DNA of 64,000 nucleotides from Anthoceros angustus (Eukaryota; Plantae; Anthocerotophyta): NCBI GenBank assembly GCA_010909165.1, contig MU008158.1, positions 180,396 to 244,395 of the forward strand, read 5' to 3'. Shown piece by piece: positions 60,742 to 64,000 of this stretch (position 1 is its first letter; each line of letters starts with the position of its first letter). The notes under the pieces were generated by a model. It saw only the letters and a program-made list of their open reading frames with translations, ran no database searches and was not told where the DNA came from. The position numbers and the translations under genes were made by a program.

Positions 60742-63109
60742 AACACGATAATTTTTGAAGGGGGTGAATAATCTCGAAGGGGTTTTCATAAATAATCTCG
60801 AAGGGGTTTTGATGGGCCCTAAAGCAGTTTTGAAGGCATTGACTCGAAAAAAGGTGTCACCGGTAAAGTTACTACTTTCCATCCGGCAATGTTTGTGTGT
60901 CGAATGGTATGCATCGAACCTAGGGAATGATGCAAAGTAGGAGCGGTGAGGAAGGTTCTGCCGCGAGGGCATTGTAAACTTCGATTTTGGGATGGAAATG
61001 TGGTTTTGTTATGACACCACAAAAGCCCAGACGGTATTTCCTAACACGAAACATCGACCGGACTTACAACATTAACTGGGACCCGGGAAAAAGCAGATTT
61101 CGGTTCACTCATCCCGAGTTCAATCCATCGTCATCACTTGGTCCGACTTCTCCTCCATTGTCATCACTATCTTGTGACACTTTCACTCGCGAGTTGTATG
61201 AAACCGCAACTTCATGAGCTTATCCCTTATCGCTTTTTGTCCATACGGATGTTTCCGTCGTTCAACACAAATGTCTGGGATATTGTTTCATTCACAAATA
61301 CCTCTGTATGTTTTTAGGTAATGGATCTTATTCCCTTTTTCCTCGGCATTGGACGGATGGGTTACCACTCTGGCGGACTATGTTCAGCACATATCTCCTT
61401 CATACGCATCTATGTGCTCGGTCCGATACTAGTGGATAAGAAAGTGAGGTCGTGGTGCGTTTAGCTTCCGTCAATGACCTCCCAATCCGAATGGCTTTAT
61501 GCGTGTCCGTATTGCAGCGGCTTTGCGGAAACATCCCTCTCGGTTCCGTTATGTCCCCATTCATCCGTGCCATTTCCAGTTGCCTTCCGCATTTTGATAT
61601 GCCCCAAATACATATCACGGTGGGGTCCCTCAATAATGCCTCATCTAGCAAAGCTTCATCAAGCACTTGAAGTGGTCGTGTATGATCCACTTACGCGTGA
61701 AAACCACTTCCAAGGGCAGCACTAGCCCAATGTTATTCTCCTCAATAGCAATCTCCTTCCGGTCCAACAGGCTTCCCACCACTTATACTCTTCATCACCT
61801 ATGGATGCAAATCTTTTAACCCTTCACCAAATGGGCCACACCTTCCATCGGTGATAGGATACCCCCCGTTCCTTCTTGTCCCCCACCGTAGGATGGTGCT
61901 AAGGCGCCCGATCGGCCGGCGCCCTCCCCGGACATGCTCATCGCCGGGGCGCGGCCGCCCCACGCCCTCCCTGCCCATGGCGCCCGGCCCGGCAGCGCCT
62001 CTAACACCCTACCCATGGCGCCCGGGCGGCCCTCAACCGCCACCCATGGCGCCGGCCCAGCGCCCTCCCCTAACACACCACCCATGGGCGCCCGGCCCGG
62101 CGCCCTCCCCTAGCACACCACCCCGCCCATGGCGGCCGTGGCCTCCCCCTGCCTGCCGCCCAGGCGCGGCCGGCGCCCACCAACACGCCATGCCACCCAT
62201 GGGCGCCGGCGGCCCGGCGCCCTCCCCTAACACCCACGCCCTACCCATGGGCGCCGGCGCCCTCCTCCTATGTCTTCAGAAAATAAATATTTAGCGCCTC
62301 AAAGGTATTTCAACCATGGGTTGGTCTAGTGTTTGGGAAATAAGTGTAGTAACGAATAGGTTTTTGTTCAAACCTCGTGCCTCCTCACAGTTCAATTTTG
62401 TTGATTTTAAGGATGCTTGCATGGGCGCATGGGCAACTAACTTTGTTCATTTTAAGGACGTTGGCATTGCCTTAAAGCCCAAGTGGTTGCATTGAGTGCG
62501 GAAGGTTGAAGACCACGGTGGCGACCTTTTGGATGAGGTCGGAGACCCTAGATCTTTGTGGCGATCGACACCGTCGGGGCCCAAGAATGATACTATTGAA
62601 GGCGAGCAAGCAATGGAGGAGAGCGACAACCGAGGCGGAGGATATGGACCGCCTCGAATATGGCGGTGGTACTTGACTCGATTTCGGTAAGGCATGGATG
62701 AGTCGCGGGCCGCACTCTTGAATGGCTATTGTCGATCTTGATGACCACTTCCTCCTTTGATGATTGTTTGTTGCAATGTTCTCACGACCATAAATGAGAC
62801 TCCGCTAATGAGTTGTTTTCATTGTGTTCCACCACTTGAAAGTAAAAGTTTTTGGTAATAAACATATGAAAATGGCAGCCCTCTATGCATTCTACTAAAG
62901 CATAAGCGGGCCCACACCCTCATGCTCCAGTTCTCGGGTGTAGACTTGAAAGTGCATCTTTTATCAAAGATATGACCTCGAGAAAGGGTGTGTGCATTAT
63001 CAAAGTGGGGCACATGTCTTTATTCTAGGTAAGGTGTTCTTCGTGACAAGGGGGTGCTGTCTCGGCCGAAGGGGGTCAGTATATCCCCCCCTTCAAAAAT
63101 TATCGTGTT
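60742..63109. mobile_element. 2368-bp TIR element, 22-bp TIR, 4-bp TSD CCAT, superfamily unassigned
   Basis: AACACGATAATTTTTGAAGGGG at 60742 and its exact reverse complement ending at 63109. CCAT lies at 60738-60741 and 63110-63113. Subterminal aataatctcgaagggg occurs twice. Confidence 0.75.
61950..62270. repeat. GC-rich array of cccatgg(g)cgcc / cctcccctaa motifs
   Basis: About 7 cccatgg cores in an otherwise AT-balanced element. Confidence 0.8.
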
Positions 63110-63615
63110 CCATCCAGGAAGTGCGAAAGCAATATGGACATGGTGGAGTGCTCAGAATCACTCGCACTGAGGGTTTGAAATCTGCAAGGGTTTGAGAGAA
63201 CCAGCGTGTGGACGCCGGACTCCCCTTGGGATTGGGAAATAAGCGGGGTTTGTTTTTTTCGTAGGTATGGAGTGTAAAATAAGGCGGAAAAGGAGGAACA
63301 AGCACGGGGCCTCCGGGGTGCTCGGGCCTCCGGACTCAGGGGAGTGGTGAGACCGGTGCCACTCCGAGACCCGTAGCTGGAGTGTCGGGATGGTCTGGAC
63401 CCCACTCGGGTCAAAACGGATAAGTACGCCATAACTTAGAAGTTGGGGCGTGAGTTAAAGGCGCCACTGACGGCAACAGATGGAAGGCAGCATGCGGCGA
63501 GGCCGGGGCGTAGCCTTGCGAGGGGCCGTTATAGCGGTATTCACGCTCCGCGCATATGCGCGGCGTAAGGCCCAGGTAGGCGGGCGTAAGGCGAGTAAGC
63601 CATGCGAGGCTCGGC

Positions 63616-63993
63616 ATGAGACGACAAAAGAGCCACCCCTCCATGGCCGGTTGCCAAGCGAGGCAAGGCGAGTCATTCTCCCAAAGCAACCCGGCGATCT
63701 CGCTGCTCTCGGCCTTTCGAACACCCAGCCCTCTGGCGTTGTCTTCGTCCTTCGAGGCACCCTCCCGTGGCTCGGCCGCGAAGCGAAACGCCGCGCGGCC
63801 AAGGAGGCAGCGGCTGAGCCTCACACTCAGCAAGGCGAAGGAGGCGGAAGATGGGACAAGCGGCGGAGGTGTGGAGCCATGGAGCTTGGTGGGCGCAACA
63901 TTCACGGCGCTATCCGGACTTGAACGTGGGGATGGCCGAAAGGTCAGAATGCTTTGGAGCGTTTTCAGTGTATGGACCTTCGGCGTCGCCTAG
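63616..63993 (+). pseudogene. Start of a diverged homolog of the 44143-45965 protein
   Basis: GESFSQSNPAISLLSAFRTP, EPWSLV and FSVWTF match EGHSSNLAAVFAALRHP, EPWRLV and FQAVWTF. The upstream DNA (63200-63460) is an inverted homolog of 46140-46440. Confidence 0.5.
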
Positions 63994-64000
63994 TCGGGGA

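Noticed and set aside
60850-60930. KDZ-transposase-like PRFDAYHSTHKHC
   Set aside because: A single short resemblance; the other KDZ motifs were not found in any frame.
61600-61660. NB-ARC P-loop-like DPTVICIWGISKCG
   Set aside because: It lacks GxxGxGKT and no other NB-ARC motif follows.
1-64000. rRNA, tRNA or other structured RNA genes
   Set aside because: None recognised; only the 12-13 nt primer-binding sites are complementary to tRNA-iMet.

Overview
Repeat-dense eukaryotic DNA with no conserved housekeeping gene. It is probably from a non-seed land plant or streptophyte alga (inference from the TTTAGGG tract, tRNA-iMet-primed Copia elements and co-occurring CRE-type and Sola-type elements). 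About 10.3-43.8 kb is a Russian-doll nest that can be rebuilt at base level. Copia A is split inside its protease by Copia B (LTRs 13449-13715 and 40986-41247). The gag of B is split by a very large TIR DNA transposon (20372-39723; about 14.5 kb without internal duplications) with 21-bp TIRs, an ACAA target duplication, a Sola2-like DDD transposase, cargo ORFs and minisatellite arrays. To the left lie an interstitial telomere tract, an orphan coiled-coil ORF, a ~195-bp palindrome and a CRE/R2-group non-LTR retrotransposon. To the right lie a structurally complete Copia (D, 47539-53966) with TA...TA LTR ends and an antisense transmembrane ORF, two intact intronless RING-H2 genes in a tandem duplication, and a 2.4-kb TIR element with a CCAT target duplication. 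Between about 5.5 and 41 kb the sequence is indel-rich and contains many local duplications joined at 9-16 bp microhomologies, so part of the structure there may be assembly or consensus artefact. All protein calls are by eye; no database search was run.
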